Shown piece after piece: positions 21,051-30,623 of a DNA stretch of 60,109 bases. Position 1 is the first letter of the stretch; each line of letters opens with the position of its first letter. Source of the stretch: Phenylobacterium sp. (lineage in GTDB: Bacteria > Pseudomonadota > Alphaproteobacteria > Caulobacterales > Caulobacteraceae); the NCBI RefSeq assembly GCF_031425575.1, contig NZ_JANPJP010000358.1, positions 1-60,109 on the forward strand. The letters run 5' to 3'. The notes beneath the pieces were generated by a model. It did no database searches. It worked only from the letters and a program-made list of their open reading frames with translations, and had not been told where the DNA came from. Made by a program: the position numbers and the translations under genes.

Positions 21051-23264
21051 CTAGAATGGAATCTCCTCGATCGGCGGCGGCTCGATCTGCGGCTTGGGTT
21101 CGATGGCCTCAGGCGGGATCGCCGCCTGGGCGTCGCGGGCGGCCGCGGAGAATTCCTCGGCCAGGCCCTCATAGAAGTCATTGCGCGGATCGGCTTCCAG
21201 TTCGGGCTCGGGATCGGGCAGCAGCCAGTCGAAGTCCCGGACCGGCAGCTTCTCGTGCGCCACCATCATGAATTCCCGCCAGATGGAGGCCGACATGACC
21301 CCGCCGGTGATCTTGTTCATCGGCTTGTCGTCGTCGTTGCCCACCCAGACCCCGGCCACATAGTCGGGCGTGAAGCCCACGAACCAGGCGTCGCGCCAGT
21401 TCTGGCTGGTGCCGGTCTTGCCCGCCGCCGGCCGACCGAAATTGGCCCGCGTGCCGGTGCCGCCGGTGATCACCTTCTTCATCATCTTCACCATCATGCT
21501 GGCGCGGGCGATGTCGTAGGCGGGCACGGGCGAAGAGGTCTGGTGCAGGAAGACCGGCTGGCCGCTGATCGTCTTGATCTCGTCGACCATGTACGGCGTG
21601 ATCCGGGCGCCCCCGGTCTGGAACACCTGGAAGCCCGAGACCATCTCGATCAACGGCACTTCATAGGAGCCAAGCGCCACCGATAGGTTCGGGTTGGCCG
21701 GGATGGTGGTGATGCCGAAGCGCCGCGCCAGTTCGGCCACGCCCGGACCGCCGACCTCCTGGGCCAGCTTCACCGCCACCGTGTTGATGGAGCGGGCCAG
21801 CGCCGTGTCGATCGTCACCGCGCCGCGATAGCCGCCGCCGTAGTTCTCGGGCTTCCAGTCGCCGAACTTCACCGGACCGTCGATGCGCACATCGGTGGGC
21901 ATCACGCCCTTTTCGAGGGCTGCGGCGTAGACAAAGGGCTTAAACGACGAGCCCGGCTGCCGTCTGGCCTGGACCGCGCGGTTGAAGACGCTGGCGTTGT
22001 AGTCGAGGCCGCCGACCATGGTGCGGATGGCGCCCTCCGAGGAGATCGCCACCATGCTGGCCTGGGAGGCCCCGGCCGCCTTGCCGTCGCCGGCGACGGC
22101 CTTGCGCAGGATCTTGGCGCCGGTGGCCTGCAGCTTGGGGTCGATGGTCAGCCGCACCATCAGGTCGGGCGAGTTGGGGCCCACCAGCTTCAGAACCTCG
22201 TTGGTGGCGTAGTCCAGCGCGTAGCCCATGTCCCCGTCATTGGCCAAGGCGGTGGGGCTGATCAGCGGCGGCCGTGCGGCGGCGGTCGCGGCGTCTTCGG
22301 CGGTGATCCAGCCCTCGCCCACCATGCGTTCCAGCACCAGGCGCTGGCGCTCCAGGGCGCCGGACATGTTGCGGTTCAGCGCCATGCGCGAGGGCGCCTT
22401 GGGCAGGCTGGCCAGCAGGGCGGCTTCCGACAGGTTCAGCTGGCTGGCGGGCTTGCCGAAATAGGTGCGCGAGGCGCCGTCGATACCGAAGGTGTTGGCC
22501 CCGAAATAGATGCGGTTGAGGTACAGCTCCAGCACCTCGTCCTTGGTCAGCATCTTCTCCAGGCGCTGGGCCATGACGGCCTCCTGGATCTTCCGCGTCA
22601 TGGTCTGGTCGGGCGTCAGGAAGAGGCCCTTGGCCAGCTGCTGAGACAGGGTCGAGCCGCCCTCGACGACCCGGCCCGCGGCATAGTTGGCCCGCGCGGC
22701 GCGCAGAATGGCCCAGGGGTCGACGGCGCCGTGATGGTAGAAGCGGCGGTCCTCGGCGGCCAGGAAGGCGCGCGGCACATAGTCGGGCAACTGGCTCAGC
22801 GACACCCGGTCGCCGTACTTGGGCCCGCGCGCGGCGATCAGCACCCCGGTCTTGTCGAAGAACTTGATCGCCGGAGCCCGGTTGATCGCATACAGCGCCT
22901 CGCGCTCGGGCAGGGCGGGAATGTCCTTCAGATAGACCTGCTGCACATAGACTGCGCCGCCCAGTAGCAGCAGGGCCGTGACCGCGGCCCCCACCACCAG
23001 GGTGGTCCACAGCCATTTCAGGTTCCTGGCCTTGCGCGGCGCGCCGCCGCCGAACCCGGAACCCCCCCCGCCGGAGCCGCGGCCGCGCTTGGCCTTGAGC
23101 GGCTTTTCCGTCTTCACCTTGGCCTTTTTCGACTTCGGCAGGTCGGCGCGGAAGTGTTCGTCGGCCGCGGGTTCAGGCGCGGGCTCGTGCGCCGGCGCGC
23201 CCTGTGACTGCGGGCCGGGCCTGGAGTCCGGGAACTTGTAAGGGTCGAGATTCCAGTCGGGCAC
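21051..23264 (-). CDS. pbpC: Class A penicillin-binding protein, PbpC-like
   Basis: GT51 motifs EDRRFY, GGSTLSQQLAK, RKIQE; transpeptidase SSFK, SIN, KTG. N-terminal peptide MPDWNLDPYKF resembles the bactofilin-binding N-terminus of Caulobacter PbpC. Confidence 0.8.
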   Translation of the reverse strand: MPDWNLDPYKFPDSRPGPQSQGAPAHEPAPEPAADEHFRADLPKSKKAKVKTEKPLKAKRGRGSGGGGSGFGGGAPRKARNLKWLWTTLVVGAAVTALLLLGGAVYVQQVYLKDIPALPEREALYAINRAPAIKFFDKTGVLIAARGPKYGDRVSLSQLPDYVPRAFLAAEDRRFYHHGAVDPWAILRAARANYAAGRVVEGGSTLSQQLAKGLFLTPDQTMTRKIQEAVMAQRLEKMLTKDEVLELYLNRIYFGANTFGIDGASRTYFGKPASQLNLSEAALLASLPKAPSRMALNRNMSGALERQRLVLERMVGEGWITAEDAATAAARPPLISPTALANDGDMGYALDYATNEVLKLVGPNSPDLMVRLTIDPKLQATGAKILRKAVAGDGKAAGASQASMVAISSEGAIRTMVGGLDYNASVFNRAVQARRQPGSSFKPFVYAAALEKGVMPTDVRIDGPVKFGDWKPENYGGGYRGAVTIDTALARSINTVAVKLAQEVGGPGVAELARRFGITTIPANPNLSVALGSYEVPLIEMVSGFQVFQTGGARITPYMVDEIKTISGQPVFLHQTSSPVPAYDIARASMMVKMMKKVITGGTGTRANFGRPAAGKTGTSQNWRDAWFVGFTPDYVAGVWVGNDDDKPMNKITGGVMSASIWREFMMVAHEKLPVRDFDWLLPDPEPELEADPRNDFYEGLAEEFSAAARDAQAAIPPEAIEPKPQIEPPPIEEIPF

Positions 23265-23318
23265 GGGTCAAACTAACAAGGGGCGGCAGGGACGCTTTTG
23301 GTTTAGGACGCCCATAGC

Positions 23319-23783
23319 ATGGCGACGAGACCTTACTGGGAAACGAAATCACTCCGCCAGATGACGGGGCCGGAGTGGGAGAGCCTATGCGACGGTTGCG
23401 GGCTTTGCTGCCTCGTTCGCTTCGAGGATGAGGATTCCGGCGATATCATCCCCACCCGCGTGCATTGCCGTTTGCTCGACGCCGGAACCTGCACCTGCAG
23501 TAACTATGTTGGACGAAAGAAACATGTCCCCGACTGCATAAAACTGACCCCGCAAAACGTCGACCAACTCCAGTGGATGCCGCTGTCGTGCGCCTACCGG
23601 CGGGTCAATGAGGGCCGGGGTCTGGCCGACTGGCACCCGCTGATCTCCGGCGACCCGGAGAGCGTCCACCGCGCCGGCGTCTCGGTCCGCGGCGAAACCA
23701 TCAGCGAGGACGAGCTCGAAGACCCCGAGGACGCCATGGCCTACGTCGCCTACGACCTCATGGAAGAGCGCGGCGACGACTAG
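23319..23783 (+). CDS. YcgN (UPF0260) cysteine-cluster protein
   Basis: [43 protein letters not shown]. Confidence 0.92.
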   Translation: MATRPYWETKSLRQMTGPEWESLCDGCGLCCLVRFEDEDSGDIIPTRVHCRLLDAGTCTCSNYVGRKKHVPDCIKLTPQNVDQLQWMPLSCAYRRVNEGRGLADWHPLISGDPESVHRAGVSVRGETISEDELEDPEDAMAYVAYDLMEERGDD

Positions 23784-24190
23784 GCCTTCGTCTTGGCCAG
23801 CCCGATCCACAGGGTCGCGCCCAGGAACACGGCCATCCCCGCCAGCGGCCCGAAGAACCCGATCATCGTGGTCGGCGCCGGTCCGCGTCCATCCAGCGCC
23901 CCCACCAGGAAAGCGACGCTGGCCAGGCCCGCGATCAGCAGCGCCGCGGGAATCGCCGCCAGGAACCTTGAGCGCCCGGCGTCCTCCAGCCGCTTGGCCG
24001 CCAGACAGAGCCAGACGAACAGGCAAGACAGGGCCAGGTAGAAGCGCATCTGCAGCGGATGGAACATCCCGGCCATGTTGTTGGCGAGGTTCGCCGCGAA
24101 TGCCGCCAGCAACACCACCAGCAGGCCGCGCCAGAAGCTGATCCGGCCGATGCGGCCCCGCGGCCAGAGGAAGAGTTTGACGATGCTCAT
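23780..24190 (-). CDS. DUF805 family membrane protein
   Basis: GRIGRISFW and [10 protein letters not shown] motifs with four hydrophobic segments; start ATG 24190. Confidence 0.75.
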   Translation of the reverse strand: MSIVKLFLWPRGRIGRISFWRGLLVVLLAAFAANLANNMAGMFHPLQMRFYLALSCLFVWLCLAAKRLEDAGRSRFLAAIPAALLIAGLASVAFLVGALDGRGPAPTTMIGFFGPLAGMAVFLGATLWIGLAKTKA

Positions 24191-24337
24191 GGCACCCCGA
24201 TCCGGATAGGTGGAGGCTAACGGTTCGGCGTCGGCCCGCGTATGTGGCATTTTTATCACATCCGCTCTTGCGTCCGGGTCCAAACAGCCTAATTGAAGGC
24301 CACGCGTTGTCCCTGCGAACACGAAGGTTTTTCTCAC

Positions 24338-25264
24338 TTGGCTGGCGATCCCTATCAGGAACTTGGCGTGACCCGCGGCGCGAGCGCCGACGAGGTCCGC
24401 AAGGCGTTCCGCAAGCTGGCCAAGAAGCATCACCCCGACACCAATCCGGGGGACAAGGCCTCTGAAGAGAAGTTCAAGCGGGTCAGCGCCGCCTTCGACA
24501 TCGTCGGCGACCCCGACAAGCGCAAGAAGTTTGACGCCGGTGAGATCGACGCCGACGGCCGCGAGACCTCGCGCGGCGGCGGCGGCGGCGGCGGCGGTCC
24601 CTGGGGCCAGCCGGGCGGCGGCTGGAGTCCTCGCGGCCAGGCCGAGGGACCCGACGTCGATCTCAACGACATCCTCGGCGAAATCCTCGGCCGCAGCGCC
24701 CGCGGCGGCGGCCAGGGCGGGCAGGGCGGCGGCTTCGGCGGCTTCTCCCAGCGCGGCGCCGACGTGCGCGCCAAGCTCGAGATTGACCTGGAAGACACCA
24801 TCCACGGCGCCAAGAAGCGCATCGCCTTCTCCGACGGCCGCACCATCGATGTCTCCATCCCCAAGGGGGCCGAGGAGGGCCAGGCCCTGCGCCTCAAGGG
24901 GCAGGGCTCGCCGGGACGGGCGGGGCCGGGCGACGCCTTCATCGAGCTGACTCTTCGGCCCCACCCGATCTTCCGGCGCGAGGGCGACAACCTGGTCATG
25001 GACCTGCCGGTCTCGATCCCCGACGCCGTCCTCGGCGGCAAGGTCCAGGCGCCGACCCCCGACGGCCCGGTCAATGTCTCGGTTCCAAAGGGCGGCGGCT
25101 CATCTCTGCGCCTCAAGGGCCGCGGCCTGTCGGACGCCAAGGGCAAGCGCGGCGACCTGGTGGCCCGCATCGTCCTGATGCTGCCGGAATCCATCGATGC
25201 GGAGCTCGAAACCTTCGCCGAAAAGTGGCGCGCCGAACGGCCCTATACGCCCCGCAAGCGCTGA
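24338..25264 (+). CDS. DnaJ class B (CbpA-like) chaperone
   Basis: [11 protein letters not shown] motif, G-rich linker, C-terminal LRLKGQG/LRLKGRG, no zinc finger; start TTG 24338. Confidence 0.9.
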   Translation: MAGDPYQELGVTRGASADEVRKAFRKLAKKHHPDTNPGDKASEEKFKRVSAAFDIVGDPDKRKKFDAGEIDADGRETSRGGGGGGGGPWGQPGGGWSPRGQAEGPDVDLNDILGEILGRSARGGGQGGQGGGFGGFSQRGADVRAKLEIDLEDTIHGAKKRIAFSDGRTIDVSIPKGAEEGQALRLKGQGSPGRAGPGDAFIELTLRPHPIFRREGDNLVMDLPVSIPDAVLGGKVQAPTPDGPVNVSVPKGGGSSLRLKGRGLSDAKGKRGDLVARIVLMLPESIDAELETFAEKWRAERPYTPRKR

Positions 25265-25272
25265 AGCGCGCT

Positions 25273-26349
25273 TCAGGCCGCGTCGGCCCAGTCGAAGGTG
25301 ATCTCCACCTGCATGCCCTCGCCGGGGGACGAGGTGACCTCCATGTGCGCCCTGGCGTTCTGCAGCAGGGAGCGGACGATCAGGGCCGAGAGCTTGCCCT
25401 GCTTGGGCCAGACATAGCCGTCAGGCAGGCCCACCCCGTCATCAGCCACCAGGACGCGGCAGCCTCCGCCGGTCTCGCTGGTGCTGTGCAGGGTGATGGT
25501 TCCGCCGTCCCGGCCCTGGAACGCGTGCTTGAGCGTGTTGGTCAGCAGCTCGTTGACCACCAGGCCGGTGGGCATGGCGACATCGAGGGAGACCAGCCAG
25601 GTGTCCACCTGCAGGTCGAGATGGATTCCCTCGACCGCATGGGCCCGCATCACAGCCGATGCGATCTCACTGAGATAGATGCCGAGGTCGACAACGCCTT
25701 CACCGGCTGAATCCCCCAATGCGCGATACAGCAGACCCAGGGCCTCCACCCGCCCAGCCAGCCGGTCAAAGCCCTCTCCGGTGGAAAGGTCGGTGACCCC
25801 GCGCGCCTCCACCCGGATCAGGGCGGTGATCATCTGCAGATTGTTCTTCACCCGATGCTGCAGCTCCAACAGCTGGGTGTCCTTTTCCCTGACCTGCTCC
25901 TCCAAAGTGGTGAGCATGGAAGGGTCTCGCTTGGCGGCCGCGAGCAGCGCCACCAGCCGGAAGGCGGGGGCGCCTTCGTCGTCCTCGATGACGTTGGACC
26001 AGGCGTCGACCATCATCCCGACATCGCCATGCGGCATGTTGAAGGACCCGAGATAGTCGCGCCCCTTGGCGATCGCCTCGCCCATCGACCGCGGGGACTG
26101 AGGCGCCGCCGCCTCTCCGGGCAGGCTCTGCCATCCATGGCCGAGGACGGTGGTGTTCAGCTGGCCCGACAGCCGCTCGAACTCCAGATTTGCGTAAATC
26201 ACCCGTTCGTCGGGGTTCAGTTCCGAAACGGCCACCGCGATCGGCACCTGGTCAAGGAACTGCTTGAAACGTTCGTTTCCGAGGGCTGCGGCGAGGTCAG
26301 GGCTGTCTAGCAGCTGCTCGAGGCTGGTTTGGGACTCGTCTGTGGGCAT
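25273..26349 (-). CDS. Cytoplasmic PAS + HisKA_2-type histidine kinase
   Basis: PAS (YANLEFERLSG), H-box ELQHRVKNNLQ, VNELLTNTLKHAF, ADDGVGLP. Confidence 0.87.
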   Translation of the reverse strand: MPTDESQTSLEQLLDSPDLAAALGNERFKQFLDQVPIAVAVSELNPDERVIYANLEFERLSGQLNTTVLGHGWQSLPGEAAAPQSPRSMGEAIAKGRDYLGSFNMPHGDVGMMVDAWSNVIEDDEGAPAFRLVALLAAAKRDPSMLTTLEEQVREKDTQLLELQHRVKNNLQMITALIRVEARGVTDLSTGEGFDRLAGRVEALGLLYRALGDSAGEGVVDLGIYLSEIASAVMRAHAVEGIHLDLQVDTWLVSLDVAMPTGLVVNELLTNTLKHAFQGRDGGTITLHSTSETGGGCRVLVADDGVGLPDGYVWPKQGKLSALIVRSLLQNARAHMEVTSSPGEGMQVEITFDWADAA

Positions 26350-26559
26350 CTGTACCGTGGGCCTGCCGGTATGGGGCGCTTCTGCCGTCCGCTTCTAGGG
26401 GGTCTCGCCGGCTTAGGCTATCGGCAGCCGTGAGGCTGGCCCCCCAAGGGAGCCATCGCGGTGGAACCGGCCAGGTCGGCGGTGGCTCCGCCCCTTGCGT
26501 TCGCCTTCCACGCGGCTTCGGCGTGACAGAGCGCCGCACCGCCTGCATAACCCCTCTCA

Positions 26560-26575
26560 TTCAGGCTGGGTTCAG
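26560..26575 (+). promoter_or_regulatory. OmpR/PhoP-family direct-repeat box
   Basis: TTCAG-GCTGGG-TTCAG (11-bp period) just upstream of the PepSY-RR-HK operon. Confidence 0.5.
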
Positions 26576-26599
26576 TCGCGGAGCTCTAAACCTCTGGGC

Positions 26600-26935
26600 A
26601 TGAAGCGCTCACTCGCCATAGCCGTCCTTCTCTTGGCGCTCACCCCGGTGGTGTCCCAGGCGCAGGGCTATCCGGACTACGGGCGGCCTTCCTATGGCGC
26701 CCGTGGGGACCAGGATCAGGCGCGCGCCGCCGTCCGCGGCGGTCGTCAGGTGCCCTTGTCCCAGGTCATCAGCCGTATCGCCGCGCGCACCCCGGGCCGT
26801 CAGCTCAACACCACCATGGGCGACTATGCCGGCCGCCCGGCCTATTTCGTTCAATGGCAGACCCCCGACGGGCGTGTGATGATCTTTATCGTCGACGCCG
26901 AGAGCGGTCAGATTCTGTCGCGCGAAGGCGGCTAG
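26600..26935 (+). CDS. Exported PepSY-domain protein (FeuN-like position)
   Basis: Signal peptide MKRSLAIAVLLLALTPVVSQA; DQDQARAAVRGG..VPLSQV..IVDAESGQIL. Confidence 0.8.
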   Translation: MKRSLAIAVLLLALTPVVSQAQGYPDYGRPSYGARGDQDQARAAVRGGRQVPLSQVISRIAARTPGRQLNTTMGDYAGRPAYFVQWQTPDGRVMIFIVDAESGQILSREGG

Positions 26936-27007
26936 ACTCTATAGTTTGAGCGTGACGGGCGCCGGAACGGGCTTCCACTTTCGGCTGTCACGCTCTGGAG
27001 GGACTCC

Positions 27008-27700
27008 ATGCGTATCCTACTGGTCGAAGATGATCCGGACCTCTCGCGGCAACTGAAGGCCGCCCTGGGCGACGCCGGCTACGCCGTCGATCACGCGGGC
27101 GACGGCGAGGAAGCTCAGTTCCTGGGCGAGACCGAGCCCTATGACGCCGTTATCCTCGATCTTGGCCTGCCCAAGGTGGACGGGGTGTCGGTGCTGGAGC
27201 GCTGGCGGCGGGGGAACATGGCGGTCCCCGTGTTGATCCTGACGGCGCGCGGCGCCTGGAGCGAGAAGGTCTCGGGCTTCGACGCCGGCGCCGACGACTA
27301 TCTCACCAAGCCCTTCCACACCGAGGAGCTGCTGGCCCGCCTGCGGGCCCTGCTGCGGCGCTCCGCCGGCCACGCCGCCCCCAGCCTGTCGGTGGGCGGC
27401 CTGCGCCTGGATCCCCGCGCGGCGCGCGCCACGGTCAATGGCGAGCCCCTGCGGCTCACCTCCCTGGAGTACCGCCTGCTGCACTATCTGATGATGCATC
27501 AGGGCCGGGTGATCAGTCGCACCGAGCTGGTGGAGCACCTGTACGACCAGGACTTCGACCGGGATTCCAACACCATCGAGGTGTTCATCGGCCGGGTTCG
27601 CAAGAAGATCGGCGCCGACCGCATCGATACCGTGCGCGGCCTCGGCTATCGCCTGACCGCCCCGCCTGAAGAGCTGGAGGGCCAGGCGGCCGGCTCGTGA
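27008..27700 (+). CDS. feuP: OmpR/PhoP-family response regulator, FeuP-like
   Basis: MRILLVEDD, LDLGLP, GADDYLTKPF, YDQDFDRDSNTIEVFIGR; upstream of the ccm cluster as in rhizobia. Confidence 0.8.
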   Translation: MRILLVEDDPDLSRQLKAALGDAGYAVDHAGDGEEAQFLGETEPYDAVILDLGLPKVDGVSVLERWRRGNMAVPVLILTARGAWSEKVSGFDAGADDYLTKPFHTEELLARLRALLRRSAGHAAPSLSVGGLRLDPRAARATVNGEPLRLTSLEYRLLHYLMMHQGRVISRTELVEHLYDQDFDRDSNTIEVFIGRVRKKIGADRIDTVRGLGYRLTAPPEELEGQAAGS

Positions 27701-29085
27701 AATTCGAGTTCCTTCGCCGTCCGTCCCTGGTCCGCCGGCTGGTGATCCTGGCCGCCGGCTGGTCGCTGGCGGTGCTGCTTGTGACGGCCCTGGTGCTCTC
27801 CATGCTGTTCCAGCAGGCGGCGATCCGGCGGTTTGACCAGGGCCTCGCCGAGCTGATCGACAACCTCACCGCCGGGTCTACAATCGACCAGGCCACCAAG
27901 CGCCCGGTGGGGCCGGCCTTCACCGACCTGCGGGCCCTGCGCGCCTATTCCGGCAAGTACTGGCAGATCAGCGAGCCGGTGAACGGGGTGCTGCGGGCCC
28001 GCGTCCGCTCCCGTTCCCTTTGGGACAGCGAACTGAAGTCGCCGCCGGATCTGGCCCTGCGGCTGGCGGCCGACCCCGGCAAGCCGATCTTCTACGACAC
28101 CCGGGGCCCCCTCAACGAGCCCCTGCGCGCCATGGCCACCCGGGCCGAGCTGCCCGGCGGCGAGGCGCCGGTGGTGTTCATGGCCGCAGAGGACCGCAGC
28201 CCGGTCGACCGGGATATCCGCAACTTCGTCACCGCAACGTCGGTGGCCTTCCTCCTGCTGGGGATCGGCATGGTGGCCGCCGTGGTGATCCAGGTCCGGG
28301 TGGGCCTGAACCCGCTCTTCGCCCTGCGCCACGAGGTGGCCTATGTCCGGCGTGGCAAGCGCGAGCGGATCGAGGGCGCCTATCCCACCGAACTGAAGCC
28401 CCTGGCCGATGAGCTCAACGCCCTGATGGCCCACAACCAGGAGGTCGTGGAGCGCCAGCGGACCCACGTCGGCAACCTGGCCCATGCGCTCAAGACCCCG
28501 CTGTCGGTGATGCTGGCCGAGTCCCAGGCCCAGCCCGGCCCCTTGGCCGAGGTGGTGACCCGCCAGTCGGAGGCCATGCGCCAGCAGGTCGACCACCACC
28601 TGCGCCGCGCGCGCGCCGCCGCCCGCACCCAGGGCTCGGGCGAGCGAACCTCCGTCGCCGATGTGCTGGACGAACTCTCGCGGACCCTGGAGCGCATCTT
28701 CCAGGACAAGGGCGTCACCATCGACTGGGACGCCGCCGACGACCTCTATTTCCTGGGGGAGCGGCAGGATCTGCTGGAGCTGGCCGGCAACGCCATGGAG
28801 AACGCCGCCAAGTGGTGCGCGGCCCGGGTCCGAGTCCGCGCCGACATGGTTTCGCCCGATTGGCTGAGGCTCTCGGTCGAGGACGATGGGCCGGGTCTGA
28901 CCCCCGCCGAGCGCGAGGCCGCCGTGCAGCGCGGCGCCCGCCTGGACGAAAGCGCGCCGGGCTCCGGCCTCGGCCTCAACATCATTGACGAGCTCGCCCG
29001 CGCCTATGGCGGCGCGCTGAAGCTGGACCAAGCCAGGCTTGGCGGCCTTTCCGTTGTTCTGGAGCTGCCTCGGGCCGAGTCTTGA
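27697..29085 (+). CDS. feuQ: Sensor histidine kinase, FeuQ/PhoQ-like
   Basis: Two TMs, GNLAHALKTPL, GNAMENAAKW, RGARLDESAPGSGLGL. Confidence 0.8.
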   Translation: MKFEFLRRPSLVRRLVILAAGWSLAVLLVTALVLSMLFQQAAIRRFDQGLAELIDNLTAGSTIDQATKRPVGPAFTDLRALRAYSGKYWQISEPVNGVLRARVRSRSLWDSELKSPPDLALRLAADPGKPIFYDTRGPLNEPLRAMATRAELPGGEAPVVFMAAEDRSPVDRDIRNFVTATSVAFLLLGIGMVAAVVIQVRVGLNPLFALRHEVAYVRRGKRERIEGAYPTELKPLADELNALMAHNQEVVERQRTHVGNLAHALKTPLSVMLAESQAQPGPLAEVVTRQSEAMRQQVDHHLRRARAAARTQGSGERTSVADVLDELSRTLERIFQDKGVTIDWDAADDLYFLGERQDLLELAGNAMENAAKWCAARVRVRADMVSPDWLRLSVEDDGPGLTPAEREAAVQRGARLDESAPGSGLGLNIIDELARAYGGALKLDQARLGGLSVVLELPRAES

Positions 29086-29169
29086 TTCCTCAGTCTTTGG
29101 AAAGCCTTAACTCGCCTCGAACCATGTTCTCCAGTGACGCGTGCCCCGGATCGCGTCTGGAGCGTACCC

Positions 29170-30549
29170 ATGTCCGGTCTGTCTGACCGCAAGATCGAAA
29201 TCGTGCGCCACCTCGTCGAGTCCGCTCCGGACAAGATAGTGGGCGGATTGCAGAACGCGTTGGCGTCGGCCTCCGGCGACTCGGTCCTGGCCGGCGTCCG
29301 TCGCCTGGTGGAGAGCGAGGTCGCCGACCGCCGCCTGCGCAACGCCGTCCTGTCCCCCATCGCTCCCCTCTGCGTGGCCCGCGCCGCCGAGCTGGGCCAG
29401 ATCAGCTTCCCGCCCCGGGTCCTGGCCCTCATCTGGCGCGGCCTGAAGGAGACCTGCCCAACCGAGGTCCTGAAGGCTGAACGGACCCTCACCGACTATC
29501 GGGCCGACGAGACCTCCACCGAACCCTTCGACATCCTGGCCGCCGCCGCCGTCGACGCCCTGCGCGAGCGTCAGCAGCGCGACTTCACCGCCGCCGCCGA
29601 CCTGGCCGACGCCAGCCGCGAGAACGGCGCCGAGCTGCTGATCTCCTGCCTGGCCCTGTCGCCCATCATCCGCGAGGCCACCCTGCGGCTGCCTGAGTGG
29701 ATCAGCCGCACCACCGACGAGCGCGCCGCCGCCGCCCGCCTGGCCTACAAGGACGCCGTCGCCATCTCCCACGACGCCGGCCCCCGGTTCTTCAGGATGC
29801 TGGCCGCCCAGCTCGCCGAGCCCTGGACTATTCTGCGCATCGTCTCGGCGGTGATGGACCGCCCCACCGAACACTACCTGGCCGCCTCGGAGTTCTCGAC
29901 CTTCGCCGAGCAGCTCATGGACGAGATCGACAAAAACCTCACCAGGGTGGCTCAGCTTGACCTGGCCGGCGGGCCCCAGGCCGGCCGTGACGCCGGCGCG
30001 GTCGTCGAACTGATCACCCTGCAGATCGCCGAAATCGAGAACTCGGTCGAACTCGGCAAGGAGGGCGGCTGGGGCGGCCGCGTCCAGAAGCAGAAAAAAG
30101 GCCTGGCCAGCGTGGTCGAGGGCCGCCTGCGCGAGTGCGACAAGATTATCGGCCAAGCCCTGCCGTCCCACAGTGTGCGCGTCGCGCGCATGATGAAGAG
30201 CCTGCCCCGCCTGACCGGCGAGCCGGACGAGAAGGCGGTCACCCGGGCGATCACCCTGCTGACCTTCCTGGAGTCGGTTCGCTCCAGCGCCAACTATGGC
30301 GGCTTCGCCTCCACCCGCACCAAGGTGGTGGAGAAGGTCGGTGAAACCATCGACGACTATGTCGAGGAGGTCCTGGCCCTGTTGCGCGAGGGCGAGCTCC
30401 CCGATCCGGGGTTGGCTCGCGCCTTCCTGGGCGTCGCCGCCGACTGCTCGACCCTGCTCCGCGACGCGCGCGCCGGCGACGTGATCCGCCGCCGCGCCAC
30501 CGCCGCCCTTGGGGCGATCAAGCCCGCCGAGGGCAGCGCGGCGGCCTAA
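29170..30549 (+). CDS. Helical hypothetical protein (C-terminal AAA)
   Basis: 459-aa ORF from ATG 29170 with strong host codon bias; no recognised domain. Confidence 0.78.
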   Translation: MSGLSDRKIEIVRHLVESAPDKIVGGLQNALASASGDSVLAGVRRLVESEVADRRLRNAVLSPIAPLCVARAAELGQISFPPRVLALIWRGLKETCPTEVLKAERTLTDYRADETSTEPFDILAAAAVDALRERQQRDFTAAADLADASRENGAELLISCLALSPIIREATLRLPEWISRTTDERAAAARLAYKDAVAISHDAGPRFFRMLAAQLAEPWTILRIVSAVMDRPTEHYLAASEFSTFAEQLMDEIDKNLTRVAQLDLAGGPQAGRDAGAVVELITLQIAEIENSVELGKEGGWGGRVQKQKKGLASVVEGRLRECDKIIGQALPSHSVRVARMMKSLPRLTGEPDEKAVTRAITLLTFLESVRSSANYGGFASTRTKVVEKVGETIDDYVEEVLALLREGELPDPGLARAFLGVAADCSTLLRDARAGDVIRRRATAALGAIKPAEGSAAA

Positions 30550-30623
30550 GTTTACGGGTCTAGGTTCCTCCATTCCACCCGCTTTCGCCACCTCGACCAG
30601 AGTGAGCCCGCTGGAGAACGCGG

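Noticed and set aside
24571-24735. GGC-rich tandem runs in the dnaJ-like gene (and similar in pbpC)
   Set aside because: They encode ordinary Gly-rich linkers; in-frame and not a contingency locus.
29107-29125. CtrA site upstream of the 29170 gene
   Set aside because: Only one good TTAA half; the second half is CGAA.
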